DNA from: Candidatus Micrarchaeota archaeon
GTDB taxonomy: Archaea; Micrarchaeota; Micrarchaeia; Micrarchaeales; CABMGC01
NCBI GenBank assembly: GCA_027366155.1
Contig: DAHXKV010000002.1
Coordinates: 1-35,129 of the forward strand
Length of the DNA: 35,129 nt
Direction of reading: 5' to 3'
Part shown: in pieces, positions 8,049 to 16,269 of the stretch
How the letters are laid out: every line of letters begins with the position of its first letter
How positions within the stretch are numbered: the first letter of the stretch is position 1
Notes under the pieces: generated by a model
Seen by the model: the letters and a program-made list of their open reading frames with translations, nothing else
Told to the model about the DNA's origin: nothing
The model's database searches: none
Position numbers and translations under genes: made by a program

Positions 8049-9791
8049 TCACTTCCTGCTTACCAGCGGCACGACGCCATCGGCGATCTCCTTCCCGGTA
8101 AGCGCCTCTCCATCGTACTTCAATATCCTGTCCTTTATCTCTATGCCAGTATTCATCATTATCACCTGCGATAGCTGCGCGGTGTAATTAACCTCTACGT
8201 CTATCAGTTTCCTGCCCTTAAGCATCTCGGCAGTCTTCTCCCTGTCAAGAGGCATGAGGTAGCTGAATGAGATGACACCCGCATTGAATCCCATGCCCTT
8301 CAGTATCTCCACCGCTTCCATTGCGGGCTCAGTGGTTGAGCCGAAAGTGACAAGGAAAAAGTCCGCGCCCTCATTGTATATTCCGGGTGCGAACACCTTC
8401 TCGTTCTTGAGCATTGTGTCTATCTTATCCATTCTCTTCTTCATCATCTTCCTCCTTACCTCGACGTACTTGTCTATTCCTGACAGCGCGTCGCTAACAA
8501 GGTCCCCATACTCATCATGCTCGTCGCTAGGCGCAACGTGCTCGGTGCCCGGAGTCCCGGGAAAAGCCCTCGGCGAGATGCCGTCCGCAGAGTAAAGGTA
8601 TCTCTTGAACCTACCCTGCTCTGGGTTAGACGCCACTACCTTGCCCCTGTCTATAGTTATTGAATTGGTGTCAAAGCCTTCTATGGTCTCCACGTGCTCT
8701 GATATGTAAAGGTCCATCATTATGATGACGGGGCACTGGTACCTGTCGGCCAGATTCAGCGCCTCTGCGGCTATGTAAAAGGATTCCTCAACGCTTCTCG
8801 GCGCTACGACGATCCTGGGGAATTCGCCCTGGGAGGCATGCATGACGAAAAGGAGGTCTCCCTGTTCTGTCTTTGTGGGAAGCCCGGTGCTGGGCCCTGT
8901 CCTCTGCGATTCTACTACCACCAGCGGCGTCTCGAGCATTCCGGCAAGCCCGAGCCCCTCAACCATCAGCGAAAAGCCGCCTCCGCTGGTGCCGCACATT
9001 GCCCTCACCCCGGTATTCGAGGCGCCTATCGCCATGTTTATCGCTGCAATCTCGTCCTCTGTCTGCTTGAAGAAGACGCCGCGGTCCGCATGCGCCGCAA
9101 ACCAGTGGAGAATGCTGCTTGCAGGAGTCATCGGATACGCAGAGTAGAACTTGCAGCCTCCTGCATACGCGCCTATCGCAAGCGCGGTGTTGCCGTCAAG
9201 CACATACCTTGATCTGCCGTCCCCCTTTATCTGGTGTATGGTGCCCAGCCCCTCGATTCCGTATCCCTGCGCCGCTGCCATCACGTTGCTATTGACTACC
9301 TTCTCTCCCTTCCTGGAGAACATGCTTTTTATGACCTCTTCGAATACCTTCATCTCTATTCCGAGCAGTCTGAGCGTGGCGCCTATTGCAACTGTGTTTC
9401 GCATTATCGGATCTCCGCTGACCTGCATTGCTATGTCGAGCATTGGTACTGGGGCAAGCCTGTACTTCGAAGCGTCAAGCGAATCAACCTTTATCTTTGT
9501 AGGGTCGTATATGACCGAGGCGCCCTGCCTGAGGTGCGGTGCCTGGTTTGTTATTGCATCCTGGTTAAGCGCGATAAGCACGTCTATCTGGTCTCCGTGG
9601 CTGTGCAGCTTGTTCTCAGCATCGCTGACCCGCACCTGAAACCAGACATGCCCGCCACGTATTATCGACTGGTAGCCGCGATAGCCGAATGCCTGCATGC
9701 CGTTCTTGGCAGCGACCTTCATTAGCAGTGCACCGCTCGACTCGACTCCGTCCCCATTTGCGCCCGCGATTCTTACAGTAACGTCTGGCAT
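8049..9791 (-). CDS. korA: 2-oxoacid:ferredoxin oxidoreductase alpha subunit (fused gamma-alpha)
   Basis: IAGANGDGV, SIIRGGH, YPMTPAS, EDEIAA, TSGGGFSLM, QRTGPSTGLPTKTEQGD. Confidence 0.95.
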   Translation of the reverse strand: MPDVTVRIAGANGDGVESSGALLMKVAAKNGMQAFGYRGYQSIIRGGHVWFQVRVSDAENKLHSHGDQIDVLIALNQDAITNQAPHLRQGASVIYDPTKIKVDSLDASKYRLAPVPMLDIAMQVSGDPIMRNTVAIGATLRLLGIEMKVFEEVIKSMFSRKGEKVVNSNVMAAAQGYGIEGLGTIHQIKGDGRSRYVLDGNTALAIGAYAGGCKFYSAYPMTPASSILHWFAAHADRGVFFKQTEDEIAAINMAIGASNTGVRAMCGTSGGGFSLMVEGLGLAGMLETPLVVVESQRTGPSTGLPTKTEQGDLLFVMHASQGEFPRIVVAPRSVEESFYIAAEALNLADRYQCPVIIMMDLYISEHVETIEGFDTNSITIDRGKVVASNPEQGRFKRYLYSADGISPRAFPGTPGTEHVAPSDEHDEYGDLVSDALSGIDKYVEVRRKMMKKRMDKIDTMLKNEKVFAPGIYNEGADFFLVTFGSTTEPAMEAVEILKGMGFNAGVISFSYLMPLDREKTAEMLKGRKLIDVEVNYTAQLSQVIMMNTGIEIKDRILKYDGEALTGKEIADGVVPLVSRK

Positions 9792-10069
9792 TTAATTTAC
9801 CTACTGGCTAAGCATAAGATTAAGTGGTTAGGTTTATAGCCTTATTTATCTGGTTCTGCGTTTGTCGTTTCTCTACATCTGCTGTTTCCCGCAAGTGGCA
9901 TACTTTATTATTTCCCATCCCATCCGCGCTTCATTGACTGCCACTCGAAAGGATGCATGGAGCAGCGCCGCCGCCAAACTGCACCAATTGCGTTTTGTTT
10001 TATTCTGAGTGACGGGCTTGCAGCTAGTATTTAAATACCTGTTGCACTGTTACTCTTTTCGGTGGATTT

Positions 10070-10579
10070 ATGGGGATGATGCAGACGATTGGGAGGGAAA
10101 GGGATTCGGCTGGAAGCGTAAGGCGTTCTAACCGATTCACGCCCGAATTAAGGGAATCCTTGTGCGCAGAAGCGAGAGAGATGCTGGATTCTGGGGTACC
10201 AAGGGCCAATGTAGTAAGGCGGCTTGTCGACCAGCACGACATCTCCATCTCCGCAGCATACAGGGCAACTTCTCCAGATGGCTTTTCCAAAAAGCCCATC
10301 ATTCCGAGAAGGGCCATAATACACAGGCATGCCGAACCTGGGCATGCAGAGATGCAGGTTCCTTCTCTGACTAAAGATCAGCAGCGCCTTGTTTCGGAGT
10401 TTAGGATCATGGCTCCAGGCCTGGTTATTGAAACGCTTAGGTTATGCTATGGCAGCGTTGGATCTGCAAGGGCGACTCTCGAAAGGCTTCGCCACGGGGG
10501 CGGAGCCATGAGTATGCAAGTTAAAGACTGGGCGACTGCAGCGTTAAGGGGCTCCGGCGAGCACAGCCCAAAGAGATGA
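10070..10579 (+). CDS. Hypothetical protein with a possible N-terminal helix-turn-helix
   Basis: TTTAAATA at 10030-10037. MLDSGVPRANVVRRL...ISISAAYR resembles an HTH. Confidence 0.5.
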   Translation: MGMMQTIGRERDSAGSVRRSNRFTPELRESLCAEAREMLDSGVPRANVVRRLVDQHDISISAAYRATSPDGFSKKPIIPRRAIIHRHAEPGHAEMQVPSLTKDQQRLVSEFRIMAPGLVIETLRLCYGSVGSARATLERLRHGGGAMSMQVKDWATAALRGSGEHSPKR

Positions 10580-10673
10580 GTGCCAAGGCGCGCAGCCACA
10601 TCCATGCACCATGGCTTATGTCTTGTGCTGTCAACAAGTTTATAATGTTTCCTGGCATTAGATTCATGATGGC

Positions 10674-11930
10674 ATGGCCCACTCACCTAAATCTGCAAGA
10701 AGCGGCAGGGAAAGGAAACCTGCGGATGAAACTCCCGGAAGCATTCCGATGCACAGGCTGGAGGAACACTTCTCTCCGGGGGAAGCGGCAGCAAAGAGAC
10801 GGTCAATGATAGAAAAGCTGACGGGTTCCAGCCTAAAATCGGTAGGCTCGTCAGGACTTGATTATTCGGGCATAGTGAACAAGAACGCCGAAAACGTGAT
10901 AGGCTTCATGCAGATGCCTCTGGGGATTGCAGGTCCGATATCCGTCAGGGGCTCATATACGAATGGCGAGTTTTACGTGCCAATGGCCACTACTGAAGGT
11001 GCGCTGATAGCGAGCATAAACCGCGGCATGAAGGCCATAACCCTTTCCGGAGGGGCATACTCTGTTGTCACAAAAGACCTGATGACAAGGGCTCCACTCT
11101 TCGAGTTCAAGAGCGCCGGAGACGCTGTCGAGTTTGTCGCATGGGCAGAAAGTAACTGGAAAGGCATAACTGCAGCCGCAGAATCAACGACAACGCACGG
11201 CAGGCTGAAGGAGATGCTGCCATTTATCATGGGCAACAACGTCTGGCTCCGCCTCGGTTTCAGCACCGGCGATGCGATGGGCATGAACATGGCGACCATG
11301 GCGAGCGAGGCTGCATGCTCCTTCATAGAAGAAAACTTCCCGAAAGGGCATATGGTAACCGTAAGCGGAAACATGTGCTCCGACAAGAAGGAATCAGGAG
11401 TCAACAGCCTCCTGGGCAGGGGCAAGACTGTCATCTCCGAGGCCCTCATAACCGAAAGCGTGCTCGGCAACGTGCTCAAATCCAACGCCCAGGGCCTCCA
11501 CAACCTCAACATGAAGAAGAACTTCCTAGGCAGCGCCAGGGCCCTGAGTGGCAAGTTCAGCGGCCATTCCGCAAATGCGATTGCGGCAATCTTCGCGGCT
11601 ACGGGCCAGGACATAGCCCAGGTTGTCGAGAGCAGCGGATGCTTCACGCTCACCGAGCCGCGCGGCAGTGACCTTTACATCTCCGTGACACTACCCTCTC
11701 TCGAGATTGGAACTGTCGGAGGTGGATCATCGCTTCCGACACAGCGCGAGGCGCTCTCAATAATGGGCGTAAGCGGCGGAGGAAACCCTGCCGGATCAAA
11801 TGCCTCCAAATTCGCAGAGATAATAAGTGCAGCCGTACTTGCCGGAGAGCTTAACCTCCTTGCAGCGCAGTTCTCCAGGGATCTGGGAAAGGCGCACGGG
11901 AGGCTCGGCAGAAATTCAGGAGCGCGCTGA
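10674..11930 (+). CDS. hmgA: HMG-CoA reductase (class I, NADPH)
   Basis: [56 protein letters not shown]. Confidence 0.96.
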   Translation: MAHSPKSARSGRERKPADETPGSIPMHRLEEHFSPGEAAAKRRSMIEKLTGSSLKSVGSSGLDYSGIVNKNAENVIGFMQMPLGIAGPISVRGSYTNGEFYVPMATTEGALIASINRGMKAITLSGGAYSVVTKDLMTRAPLFEFKSAGDAVEFVAWAESNWKGITAAAESTTTHGRLKEMLPFIMGNNVWLRLGFSTGDAMGMNMATMASEAACSFIEENFPKGHMVTVSGNMCSDKKESGVNSLLGRGKTVISEALITESVLGNVLKSNAQGLHNLNMKKNFLGSARALSGKFSGHSANAIAAIFAATGQDIAQVVESSGCFTLTEPRGSDLYISVTLPSLEIGTVGGGSSLPTQREALSIMGVSGGGNPAGSNASKFAEIISAAVLAGELNLLAAQFSRDLGKAHGRLGRNSGAR

Positions 11931-11948
11931 GTCAAAAATGTTATTTGT

Positions 11949-11974
11949 AGGGGGCAGCCATGCCGCCCCCCTTT
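11949..11974 (+). terminator. GC-rich hairpin downstream of hmgA (putative terminator)
   Basis: AGGGGGC AGC CAT GCC GCCCCCCT followed by TT. Confidence 0.4.
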
Positions 11975-12010
11975 CTGGGTGTGCCAAGCCACTCTCGGCT
12001 CTAAATAATT

Positions 12011-12090
12011 ACCTATACTAATATATAATCTTTTCTATCTCAGTATCTAATTGTATAGTAAAGTATAAATACTTATACTAAAGTATATGA
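12011..12090. repeat. AT-rich array of four degenerate palindromic 14-mers (consensus TATACTAAAGTATA) at exact 20 bp spacing
   Basis: 12014 TATACTAATATATA; 12034 TCTATCTCAGTATC (weak); 12054 TATAGTAAAGTATA; 12074 TATACTAAAGTATA. Confidence 0.7.
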
Positions 12091-12159
12091 TTGCAGAAAA
12101 GCGTTGCCGACGCTATACAAGACGGCAGGGCAGAACAGCCCCTTTTCTGGGTGGTAGGA

Positions 12160-12660
12160 ATGGAAGGAAAACAAAGAGGTGAGCCGAAGGAGGAAATGTT
12201 ATGGGAGGACCTGGAGAACGCACTGCTGCGGGCAGACAGGAGGAAAGCGGCCTACGGCCTGCGCGTGCACAGGAGCATGAAAAAAAGCATCTTCTTGCTT
12301 CTGGAAGCCGCGGGCATGGAGCCTACGCACAAGCTTGCGGAGGATCTCATTGGCTGCGTGTACCTACGGGCAGGGCTGATTCGGGACAGCAGGTATTGGC
12401 AGGAAGGTTTCGGAATAGACAAGGAGTACGAGACCATCGACTATACTGGGAAGGAAGGCATAAGGCTTTCGCAATCCTCAACAAACGAGGCGGTTGTCTC
12501 CCGCCGCCTCGCGGCCCCTCCTTGCGCCGTGCTCTTGGCAAACTCGGGCCCCATTTCCCCCCACCACACACGCCTCAGTGCCTGCCATATGGCACCCTCA
12601 TTATTTATATATCTGGCAAGTGCAATAATAATCAGTCTAAAGCGGCCAGACGTGAGATAG
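12160..12660 (+). CDS. Hypothetical protein (C-terminal third looks non-coding-like)
   Basis: Plausible charged helical N-terminal ~110 aa. The tail runs through a C-rich stretch and a TTTATATA box. Confidence 0.4.
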   Translation: MEGKQRGEPKEEMLWEDLENALLRADRRKAAYGLRVHRSMKKSIFLLLEAAGMEPTHKLAEDLIGCVYLRAGLIRDSRYWQEGFGIDKEYETIDYTGKEGIRLSQSSTNEAVVSRRLAAPPCAVLLANSGPISPHHTRLSACHMAPSLFIYLASAIIISLKRPDVR

Positions 12661-12675
12661 ACGCGAGATTTTCAA

Positions 12676-13341
12676 ATGACAAAACAAACCACCTCAAGCA
12701 TGCGGGTTGCAGGGGAGCTTACTGAGGCAATCAGGACAATAGACAGACTTATGCGCGAAAACAATGAGCTTCACAAAGAAAACAATGAGCTTCGCAGGCA
12801 TGCCCATGAGGACGCGCTTACCGGCATCGGAAACAAGAGGGCATTCCTTATCGAGTTTGAAGGGGCAGTGCACGCCTACCGCAGGGATTATCCCGGAACT
12901 GTTCCATTCTCGGTTGTGGTAATAGACGCGAACAACCTCAAGATAATCAACGACGCGCTGGGGCATGCGGCAGGCGACGACCTGCTAAGGGCCATAGCAA
13001 AAGGCATAGTCTCCACAACAAGGACCGGAAAAGACTTCTCCGCAAGGATAGGCGGCGACGAATTTGTGGTGCTGATCAAAGGGCCTGCAGACGCGTTCTC
13101 GATAAGGATACATAAGGTACTCGAGGCCATAGCTGCCAAAAACGGGCTCGGATTCCCCGTAAGCATCTCGTTGGGCAGCGTCTCGATAAATGAGATAGAC
13201 ACTGAAGAAAGGCTCTCATCTCCTACTGAAAAAATCATCAAATCAATGCTTGACATTGCGGATTCGAGGATGTACGAACACAAAGCACGCTCGAAGAACG
13301 GCAGAAATCCAGCTGCGATTGCAAGCGCAATCAGGCCGTAA
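12676..13341 (+). CDS. Diguanylate cyclase (coiled coil + GGDEF domain)
   Basis: DALTGIGNKR, VIDANNLKIINDALGHAAGDDLL, ARIGGDEF, SISLG, ADSRMYEHK. Confidence 0.95.
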   Translation: MTKQTTSSMRVAGELTEAIRTIDRLMRENNELHKENNELRRHAHEDALTGIGNKRAFLIEFEGAVHAYRRDYPGTVPFSVVVIDANNLKIINDALGHAAGDDLLRAIAKGIVSTTRTGKDFSARIGGDEFVVLIKGPADAFSIRIHKVLEAIAAKNGLGFPVSISLGSVSINEIDTEERLSSPTEKIIKSMLDIADSRMYEHKARSKNGRNPAAIASAIRP

Positions 13342-13966
13342 GCTTCGTGCTGCCTGCAAGGCAAAAGGCCTCAGCAACTATATCCTCAAAGAAATAATGT
13401 ATCTTCTCCTCCTCCAGTAGGGCAAAGCCGAGCCGTTCCGCAAAGCTGTTCAGCTTTTCCAAGCTGCTTAGCGAGCTTGCAACCAGGATCGCGACCCCTG
13501 TCCCGGAGAGGTGTACCAATGCCTCCTCGAGGAACCTCATGCTGGTCTCTATGCCTTCATCGCCTCCAGACCACATTGCGTCATCAGTCTCGCCGCCTGA
13601 CCTCAGGTAAGGGGCATTGAAAATGATTATGTCATAAACCTCACCTGCCCCCACCCCTGAGAACAGATCTGTCTGGATGAAGCTGAGGCCTGCAGGCAGC
13701 GAGTGGCAGTTGGCCAAGGCGTTTTTCCTTGCAAGTCCGACTGCATCTGGATTCATGTCGGCAAACGTCACCTCTGAAGCCAGTCCGCTGCACGCGGCGA
13801 ATATCCCCAGTATGCCTGTTGCGGTGCCCATGTCGAGAACCTTGAGCTTCTTGGATGCGCCAAGCCTCTTCAGGTACCTCCCCAGCATTCCTGCCGCGAG
13901 CTCAGAGTCTTCCGAAGGGGCGTATACCCCGTCCCTATTCTCGATGCGTATTGCAGAGTATTCCAT
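13331..13966 (-). CDS. HemK2/PrmC-like SAM-dependent protein methyltransferase
   Basis: VYAPSEDSEL, VLDMGTATG, DLFS, IIFNAPYL, WSGGDEG, FFE near the C-terminus. Confidence 0.88.
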   Translation of the reverse strand: MEYSAIRIENRDGVYAPSEDSELAAGMLGRYLKRLGASKKLKVLDMGTATGILGIFAACSGLASEVTFADMNPDAVGLARKNALANCHSLPAGLSFIQTDLFSGVGAGEVYDIIIFNAPYLRSGGETDDAMWSGGDEGIETSMRFLEEALVHLSGTGVAILVASSLSSLEKLNSFAERLGFALLEEEKIHYFFEDIVAEAFCLAGSTKLTA

Positions 13967-14022
13967 CGCGCTCCGATAATCAATTCCCTAGATATATATA
14001 ATGTATTTGCAATATTCCTGGC

Positions 14023-14586
14023 ATGGAAGAGATGCCTGCCTGGATGGAATGCGAAGACATCCTCTCAAGGGTTGAGGCAGAGCTCATGTCAGAAGCCTTG
14101 GAGCTGCTGCGGAAGGAGATGGATGCCGGCAGGATAAAGGTAGAAGGGAATGTTGCGGCATCATCCGAACTGACTGCGCAGGCCGAACGCGACCTTTTCA
14201 TAATGGAGAAGCTACTCGCCGACGAGCAAAACATGCGATACAGGTATGAAAACCTGGTCAATGCGGTTGAAGAGGGCCGCGAGACAAACCCGGAGATAGT
14301 ATCAAGGACGGAAGAGGTAAAGAGGTTCCTGCTTGTTGTCTCGCAGATATCCATAACCGTAAAGTATGCAAAGGTATTCTCCCTCTGGTTTCCCGAAGCC
14401 GGGAAGATGATGAAGGGCGGCAGCGCAAAGGAGATACTGCTTGAAACTGCAAGACAGGACAGTGAGCGCCCTGAGGCCGTATCCTTCATACTGAGCAACA
14501 AGGAGTTCAGAAAAAGCGAGGTGCTCGATGCCAGGGAGATTGAGATGCTTGCCGAGATATATAAAAGGTGCACAAATGGTAACTAA
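14023..14586 (+). CDS. Hypothetical helical protein
   Basis: Acidic, helical ORF after an AT-rich TATA region; overlaps the nfo start, suggesting an operon. Confidence 0.7.
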   Translation: MEEMPAWMECEDILSRVEAELMSEALELLRKEMDAGRIKVEGNVAASSELTAQAERDLFIMEKLLADEQNMRYRYENLVNAVEEGRETNPEIVSRTEEVKRFLLVVSQISITVKYAKVFSLWFPEAGKMMKGGSAKEILLETARQDSERPEAVSFILSNKEFRKSEVLDAREIEMLAEIYKRCTNGN

Positions 14587-15421
14587 CGTGGAAAAGGCAG
14601 GCCAAAGGCTGAGACTCGGATATCATGTCTCGGTAGCCGGAGGCATCTTCAATGCATTCGAGAGGGCTGAGTCATTGGGCTGCAACTCGATGCAGATCTT
14701 TCTGAGCAACCCGCGCGGATGGGATGTAGGCCATCTGCCTCCTGAAGAAATAAGCAGATTTGCGGGGATGCGTGCCAGGCACCCCATAGACCCGGTAGTG
14801 GCGCATATGCCATACCTTCCAAACTTATCCACTTCCGACAGAGCCAAAATGAAAAAGTCAGTAGAATCCCTATCCCGCACCCTCTCACTGGCCGGGTCAC
14901 TCGGGGTAGACTATGTCGTGGCGCATCTGGGAAGCCATGGCGGCGCGGGCACGGAGAAGGGAATCGTGAACGTGATATCTGCAATAAACGCAGTGGAAAT
15001 ACCCGACAATGTGGCACTGCTCCTTGAAAACACTGCCGGAGGAACCAACAGCGTAGGCTCCTCGCTGGAAGAACTCGCGAGGATAAGGGAGGGTGCAGCA
15101 GACCAAAAAAAGATAAGATTCTGCTTAGACACCTGCCACCTCTACGCGGCGGGTTATGACATTGCAGATGCCGCGGTGGCCAACAACATCAAGAAAAAAC
15201 TGGGTCCTGACAGTATAGGCATCATCCATCTCAACGACGCAAAGTTTGAGCTTGACTCAAAGAAAGACCGCCATGCAAACATAGGCCAGGGGTACATAGG
15301 CGAGTCGGGCTTCAGGAAATTCCTTGGAAACGGTTGGGTAAGGTCAATCCCGCTGATACTCGAAACCCCGGAAAACACGCCCGAAGAGATATTGCTTGTC
15401 AGGAGGCTTGCTGGCGGGTAA
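14576..15421 (+). CDS. nfo: Endonuclease IV (AP endonuclease 2)
   Basis: GYHVS, QIF..NPRGW, HMPYLPNL, HLGS, LLENTAG, CLDTCH, HLND, DRHANIG, ILETP. Confidence 0.95.
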   Translation: MVTNVEKAGQRLRLGYHVSVAGGIFNAFERAESLGCNSMQIFLSNPRGWDVGHLPPEEISRFAGMRARHPIDPVVAHMPYLPNLSTSDRAKMKKSVESLSRTLSLAGSLGVDYVVAHLGSHGGAGTEKGIVNVISAINAVEIPDNVALLLENTAGGTNSVGSSLEELARIREGAADQKKIRFCLDTCHLYAAGYDIADAAVANNIKKKLGPDSIGIIHLNDAKFELDSKKDRHANIGQGYIGESGFRKFLGNGWVRSIPLILETPENTPEEILLVRRLAGG

Positions 15422-15446
15422 GCATGCATGGCAATATGCCTGCGGT

Positions 15447-16196
15447 TTATTTTCTTTTGGCACTTTTTACACTGAACCAACGTGACCTCTCAAAAGCGTA
15501 GGATTTTAGCCTGTCTGCAAGCTTGCTCAGGCTAAGCTGGCCGTTTCTGGAAATGATAAGTTCTAACAGCCTTGAGCCTTCCTCATGCAGGACCTCTGCA
15601 TCTGTGCCAAGACTCTTCGCTATTGCATCCACGCGCGAATCGAGGAATCTTTCTGGAACATTTCCGTGCTCAAGCAGTGTTATATAATTCTCGCTTACTC
15701 CCGTGGCGAGTGAAAACCTGTGCCTTGTCATTTTAGGGATCCTCTCGCGCCTCAGTCTGGCAGCAATGCCTACCATGACTGCTTTCCTGTAGTTTTCCGG
15801 GGAATTTTCCATGTCCCTGCATAGAGTTTCTACAAGAAACCCGAAACTTCTTCTGGACGCAGGCTCGGAGATCTTGCCTGTGGTTTCTGCCCGTCCGCCT
15901 ATCCTGAAAAGCTCTTTTGCATCAGTTCTTAGCAGCTCGGCAATTCTTTCAAGGTGGCCTGGATTAGTATCTCCAATGAAAAAGAGCCCCACGCGGATGT
16001 AGTTCATTTCCTTCTCGCCGATTCTTGCCATTGAAGCCAGCTTGTGCGAATCTATCCCCAGAAACTCCATCCTGAACTGGATTTCAGCTGAAATAGCAAG
16101 CTCTGCCGGTCTTCTTGTGAAGTATGTCATGAAGAGTCTCTCCACGGAACTCAGCCTCTCCGCTCCATTATGCTGCATTGCAATGCTCGCTCCCAT
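15447..16196 (-). CDS. Protein with two XRE/Cro-like HTH domains
   Basis: LGIDSHKLASMARI...LERIAELLRTDAKEL and LRRER...RFSLATGVSENYITLLEHG...IAKSLGTDAEVL. TTTAAATA (minus strand) about 30 bp upstream of ATG 16196. Confidence 0.7.
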   Translation of the reverse strand: MGASIAMQHNGAERLSSVERLFMTYFTRRPAELAISAEIQFRMEFLGIDSHKLASMARIGEKEMNYIRVGLFFIGDTNPGHLERIAELLRTDAKELFRIGGRAETTGKISEPASRRSFGFLVETLCRDMENSPENYRKAVMVGIAARLRRERIPKMTRHRFSLATGVSENYITLLEHGNVPERFLDSRVDAIAKSLGTDAEVLHEEGSRLLELIISRNGQLSLSKLADRLKSYAFERSRWFSVKSAKRK

Positions 16197-16269
16197 TCTA
16201 TCAAATACCCCTGATTCTCCCTGATATTTAAATTCATGCGTAAAGTGCGCATCTGACCAGGCGAAACAA

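Noticed and set aside
9792-10069. Possible tRNA or ncRNA in the korA upstream spacer
   Set aside because: No cloverleaf, T-loop motif or convincing long stem; only promoter-like AT tracts.
10070-10579. IS transposase fragment
   Set aside because: Only a weak HTH-like segment; no DDE/HUH motif, terminal inverted repeats or target duplications seen.
7364-11653. Long antisense or alternate-frame ORFs (e.g. 7364-8008, 9151-9639, 10973-11653)
   Set aside because: Shadow ORFs of well-supported genes (korB, korA, hmgA) with no recognisable motifs.
12011-12090. CRISPR array (also considered for 24773-24819)
   Set aside because: Periods of 20 and 14 bp leave no room for unique spacers, and no cas genes are present.
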